Assembly (NCBI GenBank): GCA_021463465.1
Contig: JAJTYH010000002.1
Location: 73,799-137,798 of the forward strand
Direction of reading: 5' to 3'
DNA length: 64,000 nucleotides
Source of the DNA: a bacterium
GTDB lineage: Bacteria; Patescibacteriota; Dojkabacteria; SC72
In this document: piece after piece, positions 9,404-18,792 of the stretch
How the letters are laid out: the number at the start of each line of letters is the position of its first letter
Numbering within the stretch: the stretch's first letter is position 1
Made by a program: the position numbers and the translations under genes
Notes under the pieces: model-generated
Databases searched by the model: none
What the model was told of the DNA's origin: nothing
The model's input: the letters and a program-made list of their open reading frames with translations, nothing else

Positions 9404-9619
9404 GTAACCTTCCAGTGATTCGATTAACTTTCCACATCTTCTGGAACACTTAGGACATTGAAACCAAAGTCTTTCTCCTCCACCATTTGTATTTGTTGTT
9501 GTCATCGGGACATTAACTCCATCAAGATCAAGCTTTGACTTGATTAAAGCTTCGATTACCTTACTCCGAACACTTCTAACCAGCTCATGAATTGTAATGC
9601 TCTTAGAATAACCCGTCAT
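9380..9619 (-). CDS. small zinc-ribbon protein
   Basis: 79 aa with CPKCSRRCG...CIRC (CxxC...CxxC). Confidence 0.35.
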   Translation of the reverse strand: MTGYSKSITIHELVRSVRSKVIEALIKSKLDLDGVNVPMTTTNTNGGGERLWFQCPKCSRRCGKLIESLEGYLCIRCAK

Positions 9620-10185
9620 TGATTCTCGGGAATTATTTTATCCTTTTGCACAACATTCAACTGCTGATTAGTTCCAAATAGATTGTTTAGAGTACCAATC
9701 TTCACATTTATTGGACGTGCTCTGAGCTGGATAAGCAATTTCATATTGTCCTCGTAATGTTTATGCGCTCTATCCAGTTCTCGACCTATCATTGAACAGT
9801 ATCTGTCTCTGCCAAATAACAAATCGGGATTATTTAAGAAGCTGTTAAACGATGTTGTTAGCTGAAGAATACGCACATACGAAACTGCTATATTATGAAT
9901 GATTATTTTCTCCGAAGGTTTAACGACTTTCAGTTCATTCTCAAGGTCTCTCACAATCTGAACAATGTACGACTTATACTCCTCGTCTACAGCTTTAGAA
10001 AGTAGTGAAAGGTTATCCATGTTCAATGAATACATATACTTTTTTGCTAGAAGACACGTTTCAACAGATGCTTTCCCTTCATCTTTGTTGTATGACTTCA
10101 CTAGCTCATCACCCAGAAATTCTGGGTCATCCTTGTTTAAATATATTTTCTTAACCTCTTTAATCCCTTTATTCATACTATTCAT
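9616..10185 (-). CDS. hypothetical protein
   Basis: 189-aa ORF, 4-nt overlap with downstream zinc-ribbon ORF (operon-like). Confidence 0.45.
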   Translation of the reverse strand: MNSMNKGIKEVKKIYLNKDDPEFLGDELVKSYNKDEGKASVETCLLAKKYMYSLNMDNLSLLSKAVDEEYKSYIVQIVRDLENELKVVKPSEKIIIHNIAVSYVRILQLTTSFNSFLNNPDLLFGRDRYCSMIGRELDRAHKHYEDNMKLLIQLRARPINVKIGTLNNLFGTNQQLNVVQKDKIIPENQ

Positions 10186-10241
10186 TTTACATCAAAATAA
10201 TGATTAAGTAACATTACCGTACCGCCATCAAAGCTGTATAA

Positions 10242-11144
10242 TTGACGTATCTAAATCAGATTAAATATATGGAACCATTAACAAGCCTTAACCTCAATAT
10301 AATCCCTCCGGAAAAGCCTAAAAAAAGAGGAAAACTTAAATATAAAGAAGGATTTTTAGTTGAGAATAAATACGATGACCCGTATATAGAGGTCGAGTAC
10401 ACTGTAAGAATTAAGAATGCGATTTCAATGTCGAAATTACTTAATGTCTGTCCATGGTTTGTAGAAATTGTAAGTAAATTTAGAAAAACACATAAACTAG
10501 AGGGCAATGAATTCACTCTAGAAGATCTAAAAATACTTAATGAGGATCTATTCTCCGAATGGAATATTGAAACGCACCCATACAAAGTCAATTTATCTTT
10601 TATTGATAAACTTAGCCTCAATCGTGCAAGGGAGATATATAAAAGTGCGATACATATGTGTGAAGAGCTAGAAACAGCCAGTAATTTTAAAACTATTGAG
10701 AAGTACCTAAAAAGATTTGACACTCATTTAGTCAATATTCTCTTAACAAATTCAATTGATCTAAGTAGATACTCCGTATATGCAGGCATTGCTATTATTC
10801 CAGGAGAGTTCCTAATAAATGTTGATAGGAATGCTAAGTATATTGAACTTGATTCGGAAGTTACTATCCCAACCTTAGTTTCATATATCAAGAACTATAG
10901 CTTTGCAATAAGTTCCGGTCAGGAGATTGATGCTCTCAATATTGATGATAAAACAGTTGATCTTTTAAGATACGGTTTTGTAGATAGCTACGGTAAATAT
11001 AATAAGTTGATGGTAAAGAGTAGCCATTATCCCCATCAAAAGTATTCTGCGATAAAACTTAAGGATATGTTTAAACGGAAGAAACAGTATCTTAAGGAAA
11101 AAGGGCTCATTTCATTATTTAGGGAAACTTCTACAGCCAGTTAA
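10242..11144 (+). CDS. hypothetical protein
   Basis: 300-aa ORF, no recognisable motif. Confidence 0.45.
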   Translation: MTYLNQIKYMEPLTSLNLNIIPPEKPKKRGKLKYKEGFLVENKYDDPYIEVEYTVRIKNAISMSKLLNVCPWFVEIVSKFRKTHKLEGNEFTLEDLKILNEDLFSEWNIETHPYKVNLSFIDKLSLNRAREIYKSAIHMCEELETASNFKTIEKYLKRFDTHLVNILLTNSIDLSRYSVYAGIAIIPGEFLINVDRNAKYIELDSEVTIPTLVSYIKNYSFAISSGQEIDALNIDDKTVDLLRYGFVDSYGKYNKLMVKSSHYPHQKYSAIKLKDMFKRKKQYLKEKGLISLFRETSTAS

Positions 11145-11208
11145 AATTACCGCCGACTTACTAAAAATTTAGCTGTAGGATTGGGTTGTTAAGATAAAAC
11201 CCAATCAA

Positions 11209-11463
11209 ATGAAGAATCATAAGATATCAGATACATTTTTAGCAGCCACATTGGTCGCATTAGGGATATCAATAGCAGACATTGATAGAACCAATCCTCA
11301 GAGGTGCATATTCCTTTTTGAAAGTTCCGAATTAGTAGATCAGTACATTCAGCAGTACTTGCTAAATCAACTGAAGGTAAATCCTGCAACACTCTTGCAG
11401 TCTTACAAATACGTTTTATCTCAGTTACACGACAACAGACCTGATGACTTCTTCAATAGATAA
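11209..11463 (+). CDS. hypothetical small protein
   Basis: 84-aa ORF upstream of primase; followed by a second short ORF (11444..11581) in +1 frame. Confidence 0.35.
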   Translation: MKNHKISDTFLAATLVALGISIADIDRTNPQRCIFLFESSELVDQYIQQYLLNQLKVNPATLLQSYKYVLSQLHDNRPDDFFNR

Positions 11464-11599
11464 ACTTAAAGCTCTAATTAGGAAATACTACGGAAAGGAG
11501 GTAACAGACTATGAAGCTGAAGAGATAAGGAAAAAGTTAATTAAGCTAGTCAGACTAGCATACTTAAAGAATGTTAAATAATTTTTAAATATTGATTAT

Positions 11600-13681
11600 A
11601 TGAATAACATCAAAGAATTACTGCAAAAGCACAACATCACAATCAAAAGAGAAGTCGGACATGAACTCATGGTTGATTGTCTCTTCAATAGCTGCGACGA
11701 AGATAGCAGACAGAATGAAGCACATCTTTATATAAATTCACAGACCGGTGCATTTGATTGTAAAAAATGCGGAACAAAAGGAGGTTTCAAAGAATTACTA
11801 GGAATACTTGGGGAAACTGAAAAAACCGAGCAGTCCAATCAGTACTCCCCATATAATTATAGTAAATACGAAGAAAAATTAACACAGGAAGACATTAACT
11901 ACCTGATCAACAAAAGAGGATTAACAATTGAGACTATCAAGAACCATCATATCGGTGTTGCGAACTTCTATAAATCACGATGGCTAACAATCCCATACTT
12001 TGATGAGCAGGGTATATATAAAGAGGCATACAAGCTTCGCACTACTGTAGAAAATTATTCTCCCAAGTATAAAGTCTATCCGATTGGTGCACACATGACA
12101 CTATACGGGCTTGATAAACTCAACAAAGATTTAGACTACGTAATTATATCTGAAGGGGAGTTTGATTGTATGCTTCTACATCAGGAAGGCATGAATGCAG
12201 TCAGTGTCGGAACGGGTGCAGCTACCTTCAAAGATGAATGGTTTGAAGCACTTACTCCATACAAGAAAGTATATATTTGCTTTGATAATGATGAGGCAGG
12301 TCGGAAAGGAACAGAACAGTTAAGGACAAAACTTAGTTTCAAATGTCCAGACAAACGAATATTCAGAATAAACTTTGATTCTAAATATAAAGATATAACT
12401 GAACTTCATGTAGCTGGAGGGTCAATTGAGGATGCGTTCGCAAATGCAGAAGAAATGGAAACATATGCAACGCCTAGAAATGAGATGTCCATCCAAGAAC
12501 TACAAGGCATCCTTGATGCAACAATCAAAGAGGACGATGTAAACAAGGTCGTAACATTCCTCGCAATGCTAACGATGTATACCAAGGATTCCCAGCTGAA
12601 TTTGATGTATTCAGCACCATCGTCAACAGGAAAAAGCTACATACCGATTGAAGTATCAAAGCTATTCCCAGAAGAAGATCTTATTCAATTGGCTTATGTT
12701 TCTCCGACTGCCTTTTTTCACGATCAAGGGGAGTATGATGAAAGTAAGAATCAAATAGTAATGGACTTTCATGGAAAGGCTATAATATTTCTTGATCAAC
12801 CAAATTCTATACTCCTTGAGCGATTAAGACCGATTCTCTCTCATGATAAAGAGGAAGTACTAATCAAAATTACTGATAAGAACTTAAAAGGTGGGAATAA
12901 GACCAAGAATGTTTTGATGAAAGGATTTCCAGCAGTGATATTCTGTACAGCGAATACCAATACTAATGAACAAGAATTAACAAGAGTATTGCTCCTCAGT
13001 CCAGAAACGACACAAGAGAAAATCAAGTTTGGTATTAAAAACAGAATATTACTAGAAAGTGATAGGGAAGCCTACTACGATAAGATAGAAGCTAATATTG
13101 AAAGACAGGAGCTGAAAAAGCGAATCAAAGCTATCAAATATTCAAATATTAATCATGTGAAGGTGAACAACTGGCATGAGATATATGAAGAGTACATTGA
13201 GTCTGAACAGGTACTCAAACCAAGGCATCAACGAGATTCAGGAAAGCTTATTCAATTAATTGTTTCGTTGGCACTACTCAATCAATGGAACAGGAAGAGA
13301 ATTGATGATAAGACAATTGAAGCCTCTGAACAGGATGTTAAACAGGCTCTAGTACTCTGGAAAGAGATATCGTTAGCTCAAGACCTTGAAATACCACCAT
13401 ATGTCTTAAGTTTCCTTTACCAAGTCGTTGGACCAACAGCAATTGAACATAGTAAAAATCCAATCGTAGATGATATCGTACTAGGCAAAAGACTACTTAT
13501 AAAGCTCTATAGAGAAATTTACAAAGTGATCGTTAGCCCTAAGGAACTTCATAACAAATATATGGCTCCACTTGTAAATGCAGGAATTTTTGAAGAAATT
13601 CAGGGGTATTCGGATGGTCGTGAAAAAGATTATCTATTAACAGAGTTTGGGCTAGAAAAAATAAATATTAAGCAAGGGTAG
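11600..13681 (+). CDS. DNA primase/helicase of mobile element (CHC2 zinc finger + Toprim + P-loop NTPase; P4-alpha-like)
   Basis: CDEDSRQNEAHLYINSQTGAFDCKKCG zinc-binding motif; Toprim VIISEGEFDCMLL...ICFDNDEAGRKG; P-loop SAPSSTGKSY; 693 aa. Confidence 0.8.
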   Translation: MNNIKELLQKHNITIKREVGHELMVDCLFNSCDEDSRQNEAHLYINSQTGAFDCKKCGTKGGFKELLGILGETEKTEQSNQYSPYNYSKYEEKLTQEDINYLINKRGLTIETIKNHHIGVANFYKSRWLTIPYFDEQGIYKEAYKLRTTVENYSPKYKVYPIGAHMTLYGLDKLNKDLDYVIISEGEFDCMLLHQEGMNAVSVGTGAATFKDEWFEALTPYKKVYICFDNDEAGRKGTEQLRTKLSFKCPDKRIFRINFDSKYKDITELHVAGGSIEDAFANAEEMETYATPRNEMSIQELQGILDATIKEDDVNKVVTFLAMLTMYTKDSQLNLMYSAPSSTGKSYIPIEVSKLFPEEDLIQLAYVSPTAFFHDQGEYDESKNQIVMDFHGKAIIFLDQPNSILLERLRPILSHDKEEVLIKITDKNLKGGNKTKNVLMKGFPAVIFCTANTNTNEQELTRVLLLSPETTQEKIKFGIKNRILLESDREAYYDKIEANIERQELKKRIKAIKYSNINHVKVNNWHEIYEEYIESEQVLKPRHQRDSGKLIQLIVSLALLNQWNRKRIDDKTIEASEQDVKQALVLWKEISLAQDLEIPPYVLSFLYQVVGPTAIEHSKNPIVDDIVLGKRLLIKLYREIYKVIVSPKELHNKYMAPLVNAGIFEEIQGYSDGREKDYLLTEFGLEKINIKQG

Positions 13682-13751
13682 GGTAACCAAAAAAGTTTAC
13701 AAGAGTTTGTAGACAGGTTATTATGAAGTGCTTACCTAACAATACAATACT

Positions 13752-13830
13752 CGAGACGAAAAGGGAGTCCAGTTCCAATGCTACGTCTCGTAGTTGTTGG
13801 GTAAGCACTGGGCTCCCTTTTGTTATTTAA
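13752..13830 (+). terminator. putative rho-independent terminator / nested inverted repeats downstream of primase gene
   Basis: AAAAGGGAGTCCAG (13759-13772) pairs with CACTGGGCTCCCTTTT (13806-13821) followed by TTTTGTTATTT; additional 7-bp IR CGAGACG/CGTCTCG (13752-13758/13784-13790). Confidence 0.45.
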
Positions 13831-13847
13831 ATTAACAATAACTAGCG

Positions 13848-15458
13848 ATGGAACTAAAAAGAAAAGCTTCCAAATATATTCTTTATGCACGTAAATCAAC
13901 TGAAGGAGAAGACCGACAACAGGCTTCTATAGAATCTCAAATTGCTGAAATGCAAAAGATCGCTTTGGAATACGGTTTGAATATTGTAGAAGTCCTTTCG
14001 GAAAGCCGATCCGGATATAAACTTGGAAGACCTGAATTTCAACGCATGATAGGTATGCTTGATAATGGAGAAGCAGATGGAATTCTTTGTTGGAAACTTT
14101 CAAGATTGTCTAGAAATGCCGATGATGGAGGGAGGATAATAGGAATGTTGCAGAGAGGAGAAATAAAGCATATCAAGACTTACGATGGTGGTTGGTATCC
14201 CGAAGATGACCACATGATGATATTCCTAGAGTTAGGTATAAACAACAAGTTCAGCAAGGATCTCGGAACGGATACTAAGCGTGGTTTAAGGGCAAAAGCT
14301 GAACGAGGATGGTACCCATGCGCAACGTTACCTTTAGGGTATAAACACCATCCAGAAGAGGTTTTAAAGAAACATTCTGACATGGAGATCATACCTGATG
14401 AGCCCATGTTCAGTATAATAAAGGCCATGCTCAAAGAATTAGCGGAGAAAAAATTTTCTCCGAAGCAAGTCTTTGATCATGCTATCGCTAACGGCTTCCG
14501 CACACGTAAAGGTGGCATACCTTCTTTCTCTGTGTTCTATCGTATAGCGGAACATCCTTTCTATTATGGAGAATACAAATTCACAATTGACGGAGAGGAG
14601 CAAGTGTTTCAAGGAAAGCATAAACCAATGATAACAAGGGCTGAATACGAGTCTATACAGAAGGTTAAAGGTCGCGGTCACATTGTAAAACAGCAAAAGT
14701 ATTTCCACTCATTCACTGGACTAATGAAATGTGGAGAGTGTGGGTGTTTCATTACCGGAGATCCCACTAGACTGAAGACAAACAAGAAAGGGGAAGTTCG
14801 GAAGTTTACATACTATCATTGCACAAAAAAGAAAGGGCCATGTTCGCAACCTCATATCACACAAGAAGACCTGATAGAAACATTTGATAAAGTACTTAGC
14901 ATGATTCATATCCCCGAGGAATTAGTTGATTATGCATTAGAGGAAATACAAAAAGAGCATCAGGAGAAGAAGCTTGCAAGAATGGGTGTACTAAAGAATA
15001 ACCAAAAGGAGTATGAAGGACTAAGTAAAAAGCTAGATTTACTTACAGAGAAAAACTTAAACGGAGTGATAGATGATGAGGAATACAAAAGAAAAAGAGA
15101 TCAGATTAAATCCCATATGTCACTAGTACAATCACTAATCAACACCAATGATAGTTCAAGAGATGAATGGCTGATGAGAGTAAAGAAGAGGTTATCGTTC
15201 GCAGAAAGGGCATGTAGAACATTCAGAACAGGGTCTCCGGAGCTAAAGAAGGACATCATGATGGAGTTACAGTCTCAAATCATCGTTAAGGATAAGAGTA
15301 TAAAGCTAGATCTAGACCCATTACTAAGCCTCTTTTTCAAGAAGCCTAATCAACACGATCTTGAAAAAATATTGGTTCGAACCAAAACAAATGAAGTAGG
15401 GACAAACATATTCGAAATTTTCTTTTCCAACAATTCCATCTGGGGTGGAAGATGTTGA
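13848..15458 (+). CDS. large serine recombinase (island integrase 1)
   Basis: N-terminal resolvase domain YARKSTEGEDRQQASIESQ (catalytic Ser), recombinase domain, zinc ribbon CGECGC...C, coiled-coil; 536 aa; 3' end of gene carries tggggtggaagatg repeat of tRNA-His 3' end. Confidence 0.9.
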   Translation: MELKRKASKYILYARKSTEGEDRQQASIESQIAEMQKIALEYGLNIVEVLSESRSGYKLGRPEFQRMIGMLDNGEADGILCWKLSRLSRNADDGGRIIGMLQRGEIKHIKTYDGGWYPEDDHMMIFLELGINNKFSKDLGTDTKRGLRAKAERGWYPCATLPLGYKHHPEEVLKKHSDMEIIPDEPMFSIIKAMLKELAEKKFSPKQVFDHAIANGFRTRKGGIPSFSVFYRIAEHPFYYGEYKFTIDGEEQVFQGKHKPMITRAEYESIQKVKGRGHIVKQQKYFHSFTGLMKCGECGCFITGDPTRLKTNKKGEVRKFTYYHCTKKKGPCSQPHITQEDLIETFDKVLSMIHIPEELVDYALEEIQKEHQEKKLARMGVLKNNQKEYEGLSKKLDLLTEKNLNGVIDDEEYKRKRDQIKSHMSLVQSLINTNDSSRDEWLMRVKKRLSFAERACRTFRTGSPELKKDIMMELQSQIIVKDKSIKLDLDPLLSLFFKKPNQHDLEKILVRTKTNEVGTNIFEIFFSNNSIWGGRC

Positions 15459-15631
15459 GTTTTACAAACATTCAACGCAAACTACTCTTAGTGAAATGAT
15501 AAACCTTCAAAATTTACTTAACAAGGCGATTAAAGAATTCACAGAGATTGTAGATAGGCATAAAAACGATAATAATTCTTCTAATGCTATTAGTTACATT
15601 CTATGATATTAGGGGAGGTTATTACAAACAA

Positions 15632-16021
15632 TTAAGAGACATCAGTAGTAATATCCTTGTCAGAATACCTTACTAACCGTCCTGGAGAAAATTGTGATAC
15701 TCCTGTAGTAACAGTATCTCCAAAAAACAGCCTCTTATTCAACTCAGAAGGTATCGGTACCTGGCCAGTAAACATACCATCGGTAATTCCAAGTTTACGG
15801 TAATATGCTTCAACGGAAGAAGTTCCAGTATCTAGGTCTCTCACTAGTTCCGATAAATGAGACCTTTGTGGGTTATTGAGAATATCTTCTTTAATATCGC
15901 AATATACTTTATAAAAATCTTCGAATAAATTTTTGCAACTTATAAACAACTCTTTATTTCTAGTAAACTTCAAGTGCAAACCTGGATTATTAATATGAAC
16001 TAAGATACCTTTTTTAGTCAA
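15632..16021 (-). CDS. hypothetical protein (last gene of NTase operon)
   Basis: 129-aa ORF, co-directional with NTase cluster. Confidence 0.4.
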   Translation of the reverse strand: MTKKGILVHINNPGLHLKFTRNKELFISCKNLFEDFYKVYCDIKEDILNNPQRSHLSELVRDLDTGTSSVEAYYRKLGITDGMFTGQVPIPSELNKRLFFGDTVTTGVSQFSPGRLVRYSDKDITTDVS

Positions 16022-16096
16022 GAAGTAATGTGCAGTTCCATTCCTTATTGCAAGACGAATTGTTTTACCACATTCATCAGTGTATATCTCTTTATA

Positions 16097-16312
16097 TTAC
16101 TTTAAGTTCTGCCAAAATGCATAATAAGCATCATCACCTTCTTTGCCGGACATAATCATTCCGATTAATTCCATTCCAGAGACAATAGTTTGTAGACAAG
16201 GATATGCGACTCTACCGTATCTTTTCGCGGGAATCGAAAAAATTGATTTGATGTCTTCAATAAGATATTTGTCTACTTTATCAAAAAAAGCTGATAAATC
16301 TGAATTATCCAT
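16097..16312 (-). CDS. hypothetical small protein
   Basis: 71-aa ORF overlapping upstream gene by 8 nt. Confidence 0.35.
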   Translation of the reverse strand: MDNSDLSAFFDKVDKYLIEDIKSIFSIPAKRYGRVAYPCLQTIVSGMELIGMIMSGKEGDDAYYAFWQNLK

Positions 16313-17099
16313 TTTTCTTCAGTGATTTTATAAATATTATTGTCTCAACCGTAAAGAATAAAACTAATCGTGCTTCATTAAGACTAAATTCTGTTTTTTC
16401 AGCATCACTTCCTTGGTGTTTGACACCCTTGTTATTATAAAAGACAAAATTAGTTGCGAATTCTTGAATCATGGCAATAAGTCTTTCTGAAACTTGATGT
16501 GAAGCAAGATAGTTTTCTAATCTTGATTTTGCACCATCTTGCTTTGCGACATTCTTTTCTAGACTTGAATCGTAAATAGTTTCTCTTAAAGCATTTTCAA
16601 AAGCTAGCCGAGAATCATCAATAACATTTCTTAAATATTTGCCTTCGGACAGTTTATCGTAAGCGGAAATAATTAGTTCTTCAACATTCTTCACATCTTT
16701 TAAAAGGGGGAGGGAAGTAGATAGTCTCTCCTTATCAATTGTTTGTTCGCTTTCCTCTTGGACTGCCTTTTTGAAACTTTCTAACCATCTACTAACCTGA
16801 TAGAAACTCTGTTTTAAGTATTCAGGGTCAATATGGTCAGAGACCACATCACCCGGCCTTGGCACGTGATGCCATACTGTTGGCATACCTGGAATCCCAT
16901 GCCCTTTTTCAAGGATAAGATTCAAAATTTCGTTATCGTCACCAATCAATACTTCTAGATTTGATACAAACTCTTGTGTTTCATCCTTTAATCTTTTCAA
17001 GTGTTCCTCTTTTACGACATTATTATTTATTAGCTTCTGATATCTAAGAAGCTTGCTATCGAATATATTAATTTCTTTACTTATATCTCCTATCACCAT
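16305..17099 (-). CDS. hypothetical protein (NTase operon component)
   Basis: 264-aa ORF, tightly packed downstream of 2TM protein; no recognised domain. Confidence 0.5.
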   Translation of the reverse strand: MVIGDISKEINIFDSKLLRYQKLINNNVVKEEHLKRLKDETQEFVSNLEVLIGDDNEILNLILEKGHGIPGMPTVWHHVPRPGDVVSDHIDPEYLKQSFYQVSRWLESFKKAVQEESEQTIDKERLSTSLPLLKDVKNVEELIISAYDKLSEGKYLRNVIDDSRLAFENALRETIYDSSLEKNVAKQDGAKSRLENYLASHQVSERLIAMIQEFATNFVFYNNKGVKHQGSDAEKTEFSLNEARLVLFFTVETIIFIKSLKKNG

Positions 17100-17107
17100 A
17101 AGTATAA

Positions 17108-17719
17108 TTATTCGAAAATATCCATTATGTTAATTGTATCTTTCTCAAGCCTTTCAAATTTAATTACCCCAACAGTCCTCCTATTCTCATCATTAGTGTA
17201 ATGTCCTTCAAGCAGGTTGGAGTTTATTACTTTCAAATAACTAAAACCTTCATGCATTCCACCGTTTGTACTATTTTGTAAAGTGCTATCTTTCGGCCTA
17301 TTGATGTATTTGTACAAAAGATACCATCTACCATTTTGTTCTTGTTCCATTAAGCAAATAGTGCTATCTGAACACGAATTAGCAAACTCAGTTGAAACAA
17401 ATAATTTTAAATAATTCTGCTTGATTTCAGCAACACCTTCATACTCATTGGCACGATTATCATAGGAAGATTTCACAGTAACTTTCCATTTTCCCGAAAG
17501 ACAGGGTTTAAATCTCAGACCAAAAACATATGCAATCGTTGTAACAAACTTCGGGTAATCCAACTTCCAAAGAAAATTATTCCACAACGCAACCAGGAAG
17601 AGAATAATTACAACAACAGCCGAAGTAGGAATAACCTTATTGTCGAAAAATGAATTCACACCATGAATAATTAGGGTAATTGTAATCAAAACAGATATAG
17701 TTTTCTTATAATCATTCAT
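17108..17719 (-). CDS. 2-TM membrane effector-like protein (SLATT/Cap15-like architecture)
   Basis: Two N-terminal TM helices (VLITITLIIHGV..., AVVVIILFLVALW) followed by ~140-aa soluble domain; 6 nt downstream of nucleotidyltransferase gene. Confidence 0.5.
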   Translation of the reverse strand: MNDYKKTISVLITITLIIHGVNSFFDNKVIPTSAVVVIILFLVALWNNFLWKLDYPKFVTTIAYVFGLRFKPCLSGKWKVTVKSSYDNRANEYEGVAEIKQNYLKLFVSTEFANSCSDSTICLMEQEQNGRWYLLYKYINRPKDSTLQNSTNGGMHEGFSYLKVINSNLLEGHYTNDENRRTVGVIKFERLEKDTINIMDIFE

Positions 17720-17725
17720 CGAAGT

Positions 17726-18475
17726 TTACCTTTCAATATACTCTCCAGCTTTATTTAAATATGTTATAGCATCGTTTAAATCCCAGTTATTCGTAAATAG
17801 TGAATCTTGTTCATTTGCACACTGAAAACCACCAATACGATTAGACTTCACAGCATCAAACAAAAACTGCATTGTTACTATTGTAGAATTAAATAAATCT
17901 CCATCAAAACATGGGCTAGAACAATTGTAAATTAGATTCTCTATGAAGTATGACGGGGCTAATCCTTTCTGCAAGTCTCCAGTTTCTTCAAGTTCTCGTT
18001 TAATATTCTTGAATATCCTCACTACTTTTTTGAATACTCCATCTGTATCAATATTTTTTGACTCACAGTTTTTCAAGTGAAGTTTTGGATAATTAATTAT
18101 TTGTGTATTCTCGTCTGTATCATAGAATTTGATACCAGGAACAAAGTCTTGGTCGCTTAGTGATAGAAACCTTTTGTAGAACCGGAAAGAAAAACAAGGA
18201 ACAACATCAGCATTAACCTTTCCATAACTTTCGGGAATCCTCAAACATTTAGCATGAGGTTCAATGTTTTTAAATGTTTTTACCAAGGCTAATAACAAAG
18301 CCTCTTTATATTCTTTAAACGTAATCAAAGCATCCGAAAAAGATTGTTCATACTTAACCTTTTCCTCATCAGATAATTGCGTAATATCACGGCCAAAGAC
18401 TGACTGAAGTTCAACCACAATATCAACATCACTATTATTAGAGATGTTTGTATGGTTTGCGTATGACCCTTGCAA
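17726..18475 (-). CDS. pol-beta superfamily nucleotidyltransferase, SMODS/CD-NTase-like (true N-terminus probably extends upstream to ~18649)
   Basis: GS-x12-DVD (GSYANHTNISNNSDVDIV) and third acidic residue in NADVVPC (DhhP); in-frame upstream region encodes expected helix ...FSLSNFTYDVYLQ but lacks ATG/GTG/TTG. Confidence 0.6.
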   Translation of the reverse strand: MQGSYANHTNISNNSDVDIVVELQSVFGRDITQLSDEEKVKYEQSFSDALITFKEYKEALLLALVKTFKNIEPHAKCLRIPESYGKVNADVVPCFSFRFYKRFLSLSDQDFVPGIKFYDTDENTQIINYPKLHLKNCESKNIDTDGVFKKVVRIFKNIKRELEETGDLQKGLAPSYFIENLIYNCSSPCFDGDLFNSTIVTMQFLFDAVKSNRIGGFQCANEQDSLFTNNWDLNDAITYLNKAGEYIER

Positions 18476-18792
18476 GTATACGTCATATGTAAAATTTGAT
18501 AGGCTGAATTTTTTCTTAAGTTCCTCAATATCTAAATTCGAATCTAATGCCTCAATTACTTTATCTTTTGTAGATATAATCTTCGCTGTTTCCTTTTCAT
18601 CAGGTGGACTAGCAAATTGAGTGAGTTGGTTTAAAGAAATCCTGTTTATTTATACTTAAATTACCAGCTAATTTTACCACTTTTCGATTATTTTTTAAGT
18701 AGATATCTCTATAAATCGTTAATATTTAAAACTAATTATGAGTTAATTTTCAGACTTGAAATAAAAGTCTTTTTAGCAAATAATGTAAGTAT

